Under the pieces are notes generated by a model. That model was given only the letters and a program-made list of their open reading frames with translations, was not told the origin of the DNA and made no database searches. A DNA stretch of 64,000 nt from Heteronotia binoei (Eukaryota). Where the stretch lies: assembly GCF_032191835.1 (NCBI RefSeq), contig NC_083240.1, forward strand, positions 37,758,001-37,822,000. The letters run 5' to 3'. Position 1 is the first letter of the stretch, and the number at the start of each line of letters is the position of its first letter. The position numbers and the translations under genes were made by a program. This document shows, piece after piece, positions 1-11,391 of the stretch.

Positions 1-1196
1 GAGTGTTACGCTCAGGCACAAAAAAATCTCTCGGAGGACAGAGATATCTGGCTGTCCTCAACCAGGGCCAGGGTCTTTTTGGTCCTGGCCCCTGCCTGGC
101 AGAACTCTCTCCCAGAGAACTGTGCCCTGCGGGATTTGTTACCCTTCTGCAGGGTCTGGAAGGCAGAGATGTTCTGCCCGGCCTTTGGTTAAGGACAACA
201 AAGGGACAATAAACAAATTGGGGCTCTCAGGTTTCCCACCCCCTTACCTGCCTTCAGAAGCTGGGGGAGTGGCAATGTTATTTAAATGAATCACTGTTTT
301 TAATGCTAATTTTTTTGTAAATTGATTTACATCGTTTGTCATCAGTGTTTTTATTCTGATGTAAGCTGCCCTGAGCCCTGCCTGCAGGCAAGGGTGGCTT
401 AGAAGTTCAAACAAATAAATAACTTGCCTTCTTCGGACAGACTTTGCCAATGTCATTTGAAAGAGGTTGACTCTCCATTCCACATGGTATTGGAATGCCC
501 TCATTATAACTTTTATCACACGTTATGGGTTGCCCCTAATCTAACAAAATTACGGTACCTTCCACTGCATTAAAAAAACAAATGTAGTCCCCTATCTGTT
601 GGTGGACAGAGACCCAAGGATTATGCTGGCTGTGCCCAAGTATTTCACCACCTTAAAGAAATACGCTCCTTATCTGCTGCTCGAGATCACTGGATCAAAG
701 GAGCCTGAGAGAAAGGAAATGCTCCACCATCTTAAAATGCAAGAGAAGGAAACAGGGCATTTGATACAGCCTTTCAGAATAAAACTGGGGTGCGGGGACT
801 CCCCATTCATTAGTAATAAAGCTGATTATTATTTTGTTTAAAGAATAGATCGAGTATGTGGCATAGGCATTCCCTTTAAACCTCTCTGGATAAAAGAGCA
901 GTAATAACAATTGTACGTAAATAGCACTTTGCAGTATTCAAAGCATTTGCCAAGAGTCAGTAAATCCTACAACAATCCTGTAAGATAGGCCGGTATTACT
1001 GTTAGCATCTTGAAGAGGAGAGAGACTAGGCATACATTTTTGCACCAAAATGATGAGAGACTTGTGTGTAGCTCTCTCTAAATAGACACGCAAGCCTTCC
1101 CCACCCCCCATGATGCAAATACATATAAAATACATGTATGCAAATACCATAAAAGACAAAACTGTATCTTATTCTGATTTTTTTTTTTGCCTGCAG

Positions 1197-1257
1197 ACCA
1201 TTTCCTGCCCTATACGTGAGTGAAAGAGCCCCCCAGAACACTGACTTTGAATTCCAT
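1197..1257 (+). CDS. ITGAE: Integrin alpha-E internal exon (calf domain), xPFPALYVSERAPQNTDFEFH
   Basis: Polypyrimidine-CAG acceptor at 1196, GTAAGT donor at 1258; resembles human KPSIMYVNTGQGLSHHKEFLFH; phase joins the next exon. Confidence 0.85.
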
Positions 1258-1337
1258 GTAAGTTTGAGGCCTCACCTTGTTGCCAGCTCACGGGCAAACA
1301 TGGTGGTATTTTTCTGACCTTTGGTACTGCCTTGCAG

Positions 1338-1445
1338 ATAAATGGAAAAAACCAATTTGGGGCGCAGCTTGAACTGCAGGTCTGGGTGCCAGCCCTCATA
1401 GCCAACCATCGGGTCAGCCGTGTGAGGAATGCAACTGGGATGCAG
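1338..1445 (+). CDS. ITGAE: Integrin alpha-E exon preceding the HASPIN-containing intron (INGKNQFGAQLELQVWVPALIANHRVSRVRNATGMQ)
   Basis: ccttgcag acceptor, GTAAT donor, 108 nt phase 0-0; resembles human VHGENLFGAEYQLQICVPTKLRGLQVVAVKKLTRTQ. Confidence 0.9.
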
Positions 1446-2853
1446 GTAATATGTTCCACACCCCACCTGGCCTCTTCATAGCTTTGGATGTATGAAATTG
1501 GGATTATGGGAATGATAGGTCTAGCTTGGCCACCTCATTCCTACCAGCAGGATTGCCTTTTCATTGACAGATCCATGTCACTTCCCTGGCTTCCTCTACC
1601 ACGCTCTGCTTAAACTGGTGGCCCTTTGAGCCTGCTGTGTCTGGAGGTGTGTGTGAACATTTTGAATGCCCTCCTTTTCCTGTCATCCCATGGTTCCCTT
1701 CTCCTGGGAATAAGTTTCAGAGTTCTTGTTTATGGCCAGCACAGTATTACTGCTGTCCAGGTCAACCATGCTACAGGAATGGCCAAACCATGGTTCAGGA
1801 GCCACGTGTGGTTCTTTCACACATATTGTGCGGCTCTTGAAGCCTCCACCACTCTCTTGACTGGCTTAGAGAATGCATTTAAAGTTGCTTTCTTTCCACC
1901 TCTCCCTCCCACCTATTTGTCTTCCGTCTTGTGGCTCTCAAACATCTGTCATTTATTCTCTGTGACTCTTACATTAAGCAAGCTTGGCTGCCCCTGCTAC
2001 AGAGCCACCGCAAGCTCTGCCATACTTCACTGTGAATCACGAGCCTGTGCTGTTTCAGCAGAGCTGCATCTGCGATACAGACAAATGGAGGCCTGGTTCA
2101 CCCATGCAGAAGGGTTAGGTTGCAAAGCCCCATTATGGCACAATGGATCCAGGCCATTTCAGACAGCGAGTGATGCATTCCTTGGGTACTTACTGCCTTG
2201 CAGATAAATGGAAAAAACCAATTTGGTCAACATATCCGTGCTGTGAAAGCTTGCTGCAGGTAGAAAACCAGCACAGCAAGGAGCAAAGGCTTGACACCGA
2301 CTTGGCTTGCTGTGCTGCCCTTCTGTTTGCATGGAGTTCTTAACATACGAGAACACTCCAAAACGAGACCCTCTATCAGCAGTCTGAACTGGTACAGTTT
2401 GTTCTATCACTGTATTCTCCTGAGTGTGTGAATCACACCTAAGACCCCACCCCAGTTCGCAGGGCAATAAGCACAGACAACTCCCCACAAGCCTTGAGAG
2501 AGATGTGTATGGCCATCGGGCAAGTCATGACAAAGGGCAGCTCCTGTCACAACCACATGCTCTGCGCACAACTGTCGTTCACACTTTGCATGAATTCAGC
2601 CTTGCAAATGAGTCTACACACTTACTGGTTCAGGAAAATGCTTGACAGGAAATCTGTGACCTTAAAGATGCTTTTGGCATAGCTTACCTTGCTTGCAGGA
2701 AACCCTAGGTCAGCTCAGGTGATTAGACAATTGGTGAGAAAAGGCATTCTTCCCTCTACAGCAGGGGTGGCCAAACTTGCTTAACAAACTGTGCTGACCA
2801 ACTATTCAGACTGCTAGATATCGGGCCTACAGCTATGACACCTAAATTAACTG

Positions 2854-3134
2854 GAGAGCCAGTTTGGTGTAGTGGTTAAGTGTGCGGACTCTTATCTGGA
2901 AGAACCGGGTTTGATTCCCCACTCTTCCACTTGCACCTGCTAGCATGGCCTTGGGTCAGCCATAGCTCTGGCAGAGGTTGTCCTTGAAAGGGCAGCTGCT
3001 GTGAGAGCCCTCTCCAGCCCCACCCACCTCACAGGGTGTCTGTTGTGGGGGAGGAAGGGAAAGGAGATTGTGAGCCGCTCTAAGACTCTTCAGAGTGGAG
3101 GGCGGGATACAAATCCAATATCTTCTTCTTCTTC
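2854..3134 (+). mobile_element. tRNA-derived SINE (Squam3-like), nested in a hAT MITE spanning 2761-3603
   Basis: tRNA-like head ccagtttggtgtagtggttaag..gggtttgattcccc, (CTT)n tail. Confidence 0.88.
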
Positions 3135-4372
3135 TATATTATATCTTAATTTATAAAACACGCTGTATCATCCATGCTGCATATTTTAATTGTTTTATGG
3201 TTTTATTGTTGGATTTTTATTGTTTTACTGCATTATCGTGCTTGTGATCCACCCTGAGCCCATTATGGGGAATAGTGAACTATAAATCTACTAAAATAAA
3301 CAAACAAATAAATAAATAAGAGCCACATAGAATAAACATCAGATGTCTGAGAGCTGCAAGACATGAACATCAGATGTTTGAGAGCCTCAAAAGGAAGGAA
3401 AGAAGGGAGGGAGGGAGAAAAGGGAAAAGAGATGTGGAAGAGAGAGGTGGAAATAAAACAACTTTAAATGCCTTCTCCAAGCCACTGACTGGCTTGGAGA
3501 AGTGATTTAAAGAGACAAATGCCTTCTCCAAGCCAGCCAATGAGGCAGGGGGGCTTTGAGACCCACACAATATGTGTGAAATAGCCACAGTTTGGCCACC
3601 CCTGCTCTGCAGGAACAGTTTCATGGAAGACTTACTGTTCTGTGGTAGCTCAGGGAACTGCCACAGGCCCACCCTTCCCCTAGACTTGTGGCTCTTTTAA
3701 AATCCTTGATGGCCATAGCTGCACAAGAAGGTGCATTGACATGGGACAATGAGGCGGTATCATGTCCATAGCAGGCATACACCTTCAAATGGCCACAGCA
3801 CAACAAGGCCAGACTTGTGCAATCCATCCTTGCTATCCTGGATGCTACAGGAGTTATTTACCTAACCCTATTTCCAAAGAGGGGGCCTTATAAGACATAC
3901 CGCAATGTGCTCATTCAAGACAACTAAACCATTACAAATCAGTTAAAAATATCACTAAAGGAGGAGCTCTGACTCCCCAAGTCTTACCACTGCAGCGTTT
4001 TGTGTCCTAAAAACAATATAAAGTAGCTATAAAAATGCTATTTGTTTAACTAGAAATCAGAATAGATCCCCCCCCCTCAAAAAAAACTTCGTCAAAAGCA
4101 AATACTCACTAATATGATGGTTTCTCAGGATTAATATTCAAGTCAAGTCAGCCATTATTGGCATAAAGGTTTAATATTCTAAGACTTGGGAGTGATAGAG
4201 GTACTATAGCAAGTAGCAATATTCTTTTATTGTGAGATAAGCCTCTGTGTCTAGGAAACAAAATGGTGTTTGTTCTTTTAGTTAACTGAAAGCAAAGTAT
4301 AAGCACACATCTAGGTTGAAATCAATCAATAACATAAATCCAACTGAGAAATAAAAAGCTCCTCTCCTGCTA

Positions 4373-4378
4373 TTTATT
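4373..4378 (-). terminator. Candidate HASPIN polyadenylation signal (AATAAA on -; second at 4226-4231)
   Basis: TTTATT on + about 120 and 270 nt beyond the HASPIN stop. Confidence 0.5.
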
Positions 4379-4496
4379 TACTTATGTCCTCTTTTTCTAT
4401 ATACAGAAAACATAATTGCTGTATTTGCTACTGTTGGTTTAGAAAACACTTCCTGCAGTGCTAAATGCCCGTATGGAACCTACAGCTCACCTCAAG

Positions 4497-7265
4497 TCAG
4501 TGGAAAAAGGTGCTCGTGTTTAACAGCTCTGTGGCAGAACAGAAGCCGAGAATCTGTTTACAGAACAACTCAAGTTGTTTCTGTGCTTGCCTCATGGAGG
4601 GGGATGTGGGCTTTTTTTTGTAAGACACCTCTTTCAAAAGTTTGTCTGCCAGATAGTGAAGCCACAAGATATTGCTGTGCGGGAAATAGTCAGCCCAGCT
4701 GTTCGAGTTTTCCTCTCTCATCTGCCTGTAAATGTCAAACTGATAGTCCCCTCGTCCTTGGAACACCTCTTCATCAGTGGAGAGGTCGCAGTACACTGTG
4801 AGGCCATCTTTCTCCAACCTGGAGAAGGTGTAGTCTATGATGTTCACAAGGACTCCCTGAGTGGGAAGGGTGCGGCTTTCCCCTCTCAGCTTAAAAGTCA
4901 GCTCCTTCACAGTGGCTTTCTTGATCAGCACGTTCCCCCAGTGTAGGTCTCGATGCTCAAACTGCAACGCTTCCTCAGCCACCGCCAAAGAAGCAGTGAC
5001 CTGGTGTAAGATGCTTTTAGCTACTGTCACGGAGCTCAGCTGCCGGTTCCTCATGTTCTCCAGGTCAGTGCCCCCAAACACGAACTCCAGGACCATGAAG
5101 AGTTGCTGGTCTCCAAAGAAATCTGGCCTGTCATTTTCAGACTCTCTCAGTCTGTCGTATTCATCCCAGGCTTTCAGGAGATGTTCAGGATAGGCTCCTC
5201 GCACGCAGTGCACAGAATACAAGCTGATGAATCCAGGGGTCTGGTTATCCGCCTCTTCAGCCAAAAGACTGAGTTCTTTTGAAATGATGATCTCCGGTAA
5301 GATCTCGCTGAAAGTCTTCTGAGCTTCTCCATTGACTTTAGTGTTCCCTTCGATAGGAATTATTTTCAAAGCCACGGCTCCCTTCTCGCCTTCGGTTTTG
5401 AAAACCTCCCCAAATACCCCTTCTCCAATTTTCTCACATTTCTGCATTTTCTCCGGGGGGATACATTCCTCAAAGGAGATGGGGCCTTCTTGTTGACATT
5501 CGCCATAAACTTTTTCTGCATCTGTCAATATCACTTCTGCTATGGAAAAAGAGTTCATGGATGACAGCAGGACCATGGAAGAGGAAGGACAAATAGAATA
5601 TCCAAGTGTTTTTGTGAAAGAGGTCTTGGGCATCCTTGCATGGAGAGAACTGGGAGATGAAATGCTCAGTTCAGTGCTGTTGAAACTTTCCACCTCAGAC
5701 AGAATTTTCTTTTTCTTGTGGAGGGAAAGAGAGGCTCGGATCCTGCGCCACAAGCTGGAGTTCTTTACTGAGGAGCCATCTGGGAACGAAGAGAAAGCAA
5801 GATTGTCCTCCATCTCGTTCCACTTCAGATGATCCTGAAGCAGGGAAGCATCGGCCCGTTCCTTCCATCCTGTGTTCTTCTTGCGCCTGGCTTGCCCAAG
5901 TTTTCCTTGTTGACCCCATCTCTTGGAACTGAATCCACTGATACAAGCTTTTCTCCCCGTGGCTCCCTCGCCACAGGTGGGAACCACCTGACTGCTGCTT
6001 GTGGTGTCAGACACTCCAGGAACAGCACAGGGGGAATCTGACGGCAAGCCATGTTCCTTTTTCCGCAAAAGACCCACTACTTTTTTTTCAGAGCACTTAT
6101 TTGCCAACCAGTTGGGTACCACTTGATTGTCCAGGATGACAACAGGCTGCAGCTGGGGGCTGTTTTCAGCCAGGCTGAAGTCACTTCTTTGGTCTAAGAG
6201 AACCCCATTTAATCCACCCACTTTTTTATAAGGGGTGATACCTGCTTCAACAGACATCCGTTGTCTCTTGTTATCAAGAGCCTCCGTCCCTTTTGGCAAA
6301 GAAAGGGCAACCTTTCCATCACGCACGCTGACTTGCAACTGGCAAGCTCCCTGCAATGGTCTCTGGGAAGTCATCGGGGTCTTTGGTGGCACTGACGTCT
6401 TTGGGGAATGATCCTGATCAGCATCTGGAAGATAGCCGGCCTCACTTGGAGGAGATGCGGCCTTATTTGGTGACACCGCAACCCCTCCCCAGCTCTTGAG
6501 AGGCGCTTCTGTCTTGCTACAGAGGCTGTGAGACAGCACGGCACAGTGGCTTTGAAAGTGCACGCAGGAAGAATGGGACTTCGCCACAGATGGCGTTTGC
6601 ACCTGAGGACCCAGGAAAGGGTGCTGGCACAGTAGGCTCCCAGCATCTTCATGTGTGAAGAGCTCCAAACTTCCCGTGGCGGCCTGCACTTCGCCATCCC
6701 CATCCATGTTCAGCAAACTCAGCTCTGGGAGCACATCACGGAAAGCGCCACTGTTGTCCCTCAGGGATTCCCGCTTGGTCTGAGGGCTGCAGCAGCGGCA
6801 GGCGGCAGAGAACCTGTGCCCTGCGGGACTCCCTTCCACCGGATTCTGCTTCTCAGTAGCCAGGGGCTGCTGGGGGGTGCTGCACACCAAGGGGGGGCGC
6901 AGTCGAAGGTTGGCCCTTCGGGGGCGCTGCGTGACGTTCTTGCACAGCGGGGTGGTGGGCAAGCGGCAGTCCTCAGCCCGCCGCCCTTTGGGCGGGGCGC
7001 GGTTCTCCTTGGCACCCTTCTTCCTCCTCCTGCGGCGCCGCGTCGAGCTGGGAGGCAGGAAGTCCGGGTCGCCGAGGCTGGAGGGCGAGGAGGCGCCCCC
7101 CGAGGAGCTGGTGCTGCTGAAGTAGCGCCTGCGGTCGACCTGGGGCGAGATCCAGGGCGCGGCGGCGCCGACGCGCCTCAGCCCGGCCTGCCCGCCGCCC
7201 GCCTTTCGCCGGCCGCCCCGCGGCCCCGCATAGGTCTTCAGCAGCCGCGGTCGGAGCCTCTCCAT
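4497..7265 (-). CDS. HASPIN: Haspin atypical Ser/Thr kinase (histone H3 T3 kinase), intronless, 922 aa
   Basis: N-terminal RLLKTYA motif, CSTP site, basic WRRIRASLSLHKKKK segment, kinase motifs KIGEGVFGEVF, VALKIIP, HRDLHWGN, IIDYTFSR, GDYQFDIYR; nested antisense in an ITGAE intron as in mammals. Confidence 0.98.
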   Translation of the reverse strand: MERLRPRLLKTYAGPRGGRRKAGGGQAGLRRVGAAAPWISPQVDRRRYFSSTSSSGGASSPSSLGDPDFLPPSSTRRRRRRKKGAKENRAPPKGRRAEDCRLPTTPLCKNVTQRPRRANLRLRPPLVCSTPQQPLATEKQNPVEGSPAGHRFSAACRCCSPQTKRESLRDNSGAFRDVLPELSLLNMDGDGEVQAATGSLELFTHEDAGSLLCQHPFLGPQVQTPSVAKSHSSCVHFQSHCAVLSHSLCSKTEAPLKSWGGVAVSPNKAASPPSEAGYLPDADQDHSPKTSVPPKTPMTSQRPLQGACQLQVSVRDGKVALSLPKGTEALDNKRQRMSVEAGITPYKKVGGLNGVLLDQRSDFSLAENSPQLQPVVILDNQVVPNWLANKCSEKKVVGLLRKKEHGLPSDSPCAVPGVSDTTSSSQVVPTCGEGATGRKACISGFSSKRWGQQGKLGQARRKKNTGWKERADASLLQDHLKWNEMEDNLAFSSFPDGSSVKNSSLWRRIRASLSLHKKKKILSEVESFNSTELSISSPSSLHARMPKTSFTKTLGYSICPSSSMVLLSSMNSFSIAEVILTDAEKVYGECQQEGPISFEECIPPEKMQKCEKIGEGVFGEVFKTEGEKGAVALKIIPIEGNTKVNGEAQKTFSEILPEIIISKELSLLAEEADNQTPGFISLYSVHCVRGAYPEHLLKAWDEYDRLRESENDRPDFFGDQQLFMVLEFVFGGTDLENMRNRQLSSVTVAKSILHQVTASLAVAEEALQFEHRDLHWGNVLIKKATVKELTFKLRGESRTLPTQGVLVNIIDYTFSRLEKDGLTVYCDLSTDEEVFQGRGDYQFDIYRQMREENSNSWADYFPHSNILWLHYLADKLLKEVSYKKKPTSPSMRQAQKQLELFCKQILGFCSATELLNTSTFFH

Positions 7266-7700
7266 CCGGAGGGGGAGGGGAGGCGCAGGCCGGAAGCGGA
7301 GGGCCTTGCCTCTCTTCTGCCGCGCAGGGCCCGCCTCGCCGCCCCTCAGCCCCGCCGCCGCCTCCGCCGTCGAACCGCCAGCGCGCCCGCCGCCATTTCA
7401 AACCCGGCTCTCGCGAGAACTCCAATCGTCGAGCGAGACTCGGCGGGAGCAGCGGCGGCGAGAGGGGACTTGGTGGCGCGCGGGAGGCGGGCGGCGCCGG
7501 TTTGTCCTTCGACGTCGCGCTCAGCCAATCGCGGCGGATGGAGGAGGGCGGGGCTAAGGCGTTTCACCCGGGCGTCGCCGTCGTCATAGAGGTAAGGGTG
7601 AGGAGAAAGCGTCGGTAGCCCTCCGGTTTCTGATTGGAGTGAGAGGGCGTTCCACGGGAGTGGTAAAAGCGGGGCGCGTCTGGGTGCAATACAGGCGCTG
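6850..7700. promoter_or_regulatory. CpG island / HASPIN (probably bidirectional) promoter
   Basis: Very high CpG density; CHR TTTGAA (- strand, 7397-7402), TCTCGCGAGA palindrome (7409-7418), CCAAT boxes (7422, 7525, 7633), GC box at about 7546. Confidence 0.85.
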
Positions 7701-8019
7701 GAACACAGGAGGAGTCCAGCAACACCTTTGAGACCAGGGGTGGCCAAACTGCGGCTCGGGAGCCACATGTGGCTCTCGTTCACACTTTCTGTGTGGCTCT
7801 TGAAGCCCCCACTACCCCATTGGCTGGCTTGGAGAAGGAGATTGTCTGATTAAATCATTTAAAATTGCTTTCTTTCCATCTCTCCCAAGCCCCATCTTCC
7901 TTCCGTCTGTCTTCGAGTTCTCAAACATCTGACATTCATGTCTTGCAGCTCTCGAACATCTGGTGCTTATTCTATGTGGCTCTCACGTTAAGCAAGTCTG
8001 GCCACTCCTGTTTAAGACC

Positions 8020-8400
8020 CAACAATTTTTTATTCAGATTGCAAGCTTTCGTACACATGCAGACTTCATCAGACGAGGGAATGGGGTACGGTGACTAGAG
8101 CTATATCTAGCTGGTGGGCAGGGGTTAAGAATGCCAAGTGGTACAAAGTTAGAATCCGGTGGCCAAATAGTGAAATTAACAAATTGAAGGAACATTTGGT
8201 CTGGAGAGCATCTGCATGGGAAACCAATAAAACAGTAACATGTCAAAATGGGAGAATGATGGTGAGCGTGTCATAAGTGGTGAAGTATGCGTGCATACGA
8301 AAGCTTACACTCTGAAAAATACTTTGTTGGTCTGAAAGGTGCTACTGGACTCCTACTTTGTTCTATGGCTTCAGCCCAACACGGCTGCCCTCCTGGAACT
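8020..8400. mobile_element. Penelope-like element remnant with inverted pLTR ends
   Basis: ctgatgaag..acgaaagctt..ttgttgggtcttaaa on - (8020-8075) and the related gaaagcttac..ttggtctgaaaggtgctactggactc on + (8280-8370). Confidence 0.7.
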
Positions 8401-9371
8401 TAATACAGGAGCTGGTTTTTGATGCTTTTCGAAGGCACGGTATAACCAGTATGCACACGTGCTTTTGACATGATGGGTGTTTCGTTGGGAGTAAGGGGAA
8501 CGCTCCCTCTGCTGCAGGCGGAATAGAGTGCAACGTTTTGCATGCACTTCCTCTATATTTCGAATTCTATTTTGAATTTTTTGAGCTATGACTCTTTATT
8601 TCCAGTGGCTTTTGTGCTTCAAGTTGTATTTTGAATGGAATTTGAATATCTCAATTGGCACTCTAAAATATAACATCTAACGGGAGAGGGCTGCCATTGC
8701 ATCTGAATCTATTGTGCTTTGGTACCAACTGCCTAGGATCTGTATGTGTTGAGAAAGGAAAATATTACACGATCCGCCTGAATACATGAAGTAGCACGAT
8801 TGCAATTTTATTCGATTGTTTTACTGTCTTAATATCGCTGACTGGGGGCAGGAAGGAGTCTGGGAAAGTGGAAGAACCCCCGCTGGGACCTGGGGATTGG
8901 CAAGCCTAACTCTACGGCAATATACCCTGCTGAGGTCCCTCCTCAAACCCCACCGTTCCCAGACTTCACCCCTGAAATCTCCAGGAATTTTCCAATCTGG
9001 AGTTGGCAATCATACTCACGAGCTACAGGGATGTGCTGCAAACAGTATAGAGACAACAGCACCAGGTTGCATTACTGGGCTAGTCCAAAGACTCCTATGA
9101 GGAGGTTAGAATAAAGGTTGGGAAACAGGGCATTGTTAACTGTTTTCTTTCAGTGGCAAGTCCTCTGTCCCCCCCCCCCCCAATAATATGGGGTCAGCAA
9201 GACCAGTCTCTACCATAAGATGGTCATAATATTGTTCCTGGTTTGGGTAGTATGCAAAGGGGGACTTTTCCCTTGTATTCCTGCAGATGTCCTTTTAGCC
9301 AGCAATATATGATAAAAGTATTATGACTTAAGGTACTATTATCATTGATTTTCTTCTCCCGTCCCCTTCAG

Positions 9372-9437
9372 AAAACCACAGTGTGCAGAACTGCAAGTGA
9401 CTTCATAAGGAAAGATTCTGGACACATCAGCTCAGAG
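9372..9437 (+). CDS. ITGAE: Integrin alpha-E exon following the HASPIN intron (KTTVCRTASDFIRKDSGHISSE)
   Basis: cccttcag acceptor, GTAAAA donor, 66 nt phase 0-0, only open frame; position and TVC motif match human ASTVCTWSQ exon. Confidence 0.8.
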
Positions 9438-9979
9438 GTAAAAGGGGCCTTGGCACTGTTGGTGCCGCATAAATCTTTTGTGAAATCGTGGCTGTTTGCG
9501 AGAAGTCAAAAAGTCACCAAAATAAACAACAATTTGCAGCATCTTAAAAGATTCTCAGTTTTTTATTCCAGCGTAAGTTTTTATGGGCTACAGCCCACTT
9601 TGTCCGATTCAAGGATTGGCTCCTCTCTAGGGGTGGTGCTTATCTGCATGTTGGATTTTGATCTAGGAAACCTGAGTCCAAATCCTCAATCTGCCTTAAA
9701 ACACACTGGGTGATCTTAGGTCAGTTACTACCTGTCCGCCTGACCTCCCTCACAGGGTTGTTGTGAAGATAACATGGAGGAAAGGAAAAGTATGTGCCTG
9801 AGTTCATTGGAAGAAAAACTGGATAAAAATGCACTAGATAGCGATCTGGTCCGGGTCAAACAACCCCTCTCCATCTGCTGGAAGGCTACAGTTGCCATAT
9901 TCAAAACAGGAGCAATTCATTCTGGGCTTGACGTTTCTAGACATGTGCTCTGTGACAGCAATAAGTTGATGGTTGTGAG

Positions 9980-10174
9980 CAGTGTTCCCTCTCCGTTGAG
10001 TGAGTGTGAGCTAGCTCACAGGTTTTTCGCCTCTGGCTCACACATTTTTTGTCTTAGCTCAGGAAAAATGGCCCCAGAGTAAACTAATTTATGCAGTAGC
10101 TGACAACTTTAATGCCCATAGCTGATGAAGTAGAATATTTGGTCCCAAGACTCCATAGCTTAGAGGGAGCATTG
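9980..10174. mobile_element. About 195-bp hAT MITE (TIR CAGTGTTCCCTCT)
   Basis: 8-bp TSD GTTGTGAG; further copies 44497-45011 (two), 47802-48017, 48060-48161, 54518-54713, 61543-61738, 63812-64000. Confidence 0.9.
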
Positions 10175-10272
10175 GTTGTGAGCCCCAGTTTTTTCCAACA
10201 GTGCTAAATGTTCTCTCTCTGGCTTGTGTCCCCTACTGGGAAAAATCTCATTTGGCCACCTTTGTTTTTCAG

Positions 10273-10374
10273 AACAGTGAGCCAATCCAATACCAGCTTG
10301 TGACCTGTGCTATTGTGTCGGAGAAAGAGAAAGTTACTGTGACCGCAGAGCTGACTTTAGTCAGTTCTTTGCAG
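10273..10374 (+). CDS. ITGAE: Integrin alpha-E exon (NSEPIQYQLVTCAIVSEKEKVTVTAELTLVSSLQ)
   Basis: tttttcag/GTAT boundaries, 102 nt; resembles human HSVSCVIASDKENVTVAAEI. Confidence 0.92.
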
Positions 10375-10471
10375 GTATATTCTGCCCCGTCTATCAGCTG
10401 TGCTTGCTTGAAGACTGGAAAATCACATCAAACCATAGTTTGCTGTTCATATCATCCCCTTTCTTCTCTAG

Positions 10472-10567
10472 GTCTTTAAAAACAGCACTGGTTTGGTCGT
10501 TACTGGAAAAATAATTTTCAACAGAGACCTTTATGTGGGCTTGAATGAAAAACTCCATAAAACAGAG
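10472..10567 (+). CDS. ITGAE: Integrin alpha-E exon (VFKNSTGLVVTGKIIFNRDLYVGLNEKLHKTE)
   Basis: ctctag/GTATG boundaries, 96 nt; resembles human GEISFNKSLYEGLNAENHRTK. Confidence 0.92.
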
Positions 10568-10769
10568 GTATGAGAGAGGTGGGATTCTGGGCTCTTTTTC
10601 CTATGGAGGAGAAAAGGTAGAACCAAAGTGGGATGTGAGGTTGGTGTTCCTCTTTTGCTCAGTATGGGTGGATCCCATGGGGTGCAGGGAGGAACCAGAG
10701 AAAGTGGGCTAGCTCTGCTGAGGTAATTCTGGCCTACCTGAAAGGTTTGGTGTAAGGCTTTTGTTGGTA

Positions 10770-11391
10770 CATTAGTGAAATGCTTAGAGTATTCACAAGC
10801 TCACCTTAACCTATCAATTCAGTATAGTCAAATGGCCCAATATCTTCATAATCTCAGCCACCCCGGCCATCGTAGAGCCTTTACATTAGCGCAGCTGAAT
10901 GTCTTCCCCTCTAATATGCTGTTGGGTCAATTTCATAACATTCCCTTACAGGAAAGACTCTGCAGCTGCCCCACTACTGATATTGACTCAATTTCCCATA
11001 TTATGTTCGATTGCCAATTACATACAGAGTCTCGCAATAAACTTCTACCCTTATATTCTGACCTATTTAGAAACCAATATAGCACAGTTCGATATTTGCT
11101 TAATGATATTTGCACAGAAACCACTAATACGGTAGCTAAATGTTTAACAGAAGCAGTTGTTCTTCCAGGGGTAGGGAACAGTGGCTCTCCAGATGTTTTT
11201 TGCCTACAATGGCTGGGATTGATGGGAGTTGTAGGCAAAAAACATCTGGAGAGCCACTGTTCCCTACCCTGACTTAGACATAGGCTTTTTATATGAACTG
11301 TGCTTTTTTGGGATAATTTTAATCACTGGAAGTGTATGTTGCAATGAATCTTTTAATACTATTATGCCATTAAAGGTTTTTGATTTGATTT
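10770..11391 (+). mobile_element. LINE 3' end (L2-like; C-terminal CxC...HxxxDC), interrupted by a small MITE at 11165-11271
   Basis: RAFTLAQLNVFPS..ERLCSC..SISHIMFDCQLH; (TTTGA)n tail; second copy at 13020-13341. Confidence 0.7.

Noticed and set aside
1626-2207. 193-aa plus-strand ORF in the ITGAE intron
   Set aside because: Non-ATG start and largely a hAT MITE translation; no protein-like features
2854-2930. tRNA genes at the many ccagtttggtgtagtggttaag sites
   Set aside because: These are A/B-box heads of SINEs, always followed by the same SINE body; no complete cloverleaf
6651-7589. 312-aa plus-strand ORF and other long ORFs over the HASPIN 5' end
   Set aside because: Shadow ORFs of a GC-rich CpG island antisense to a real CDS; low complexity and no recognisable domain
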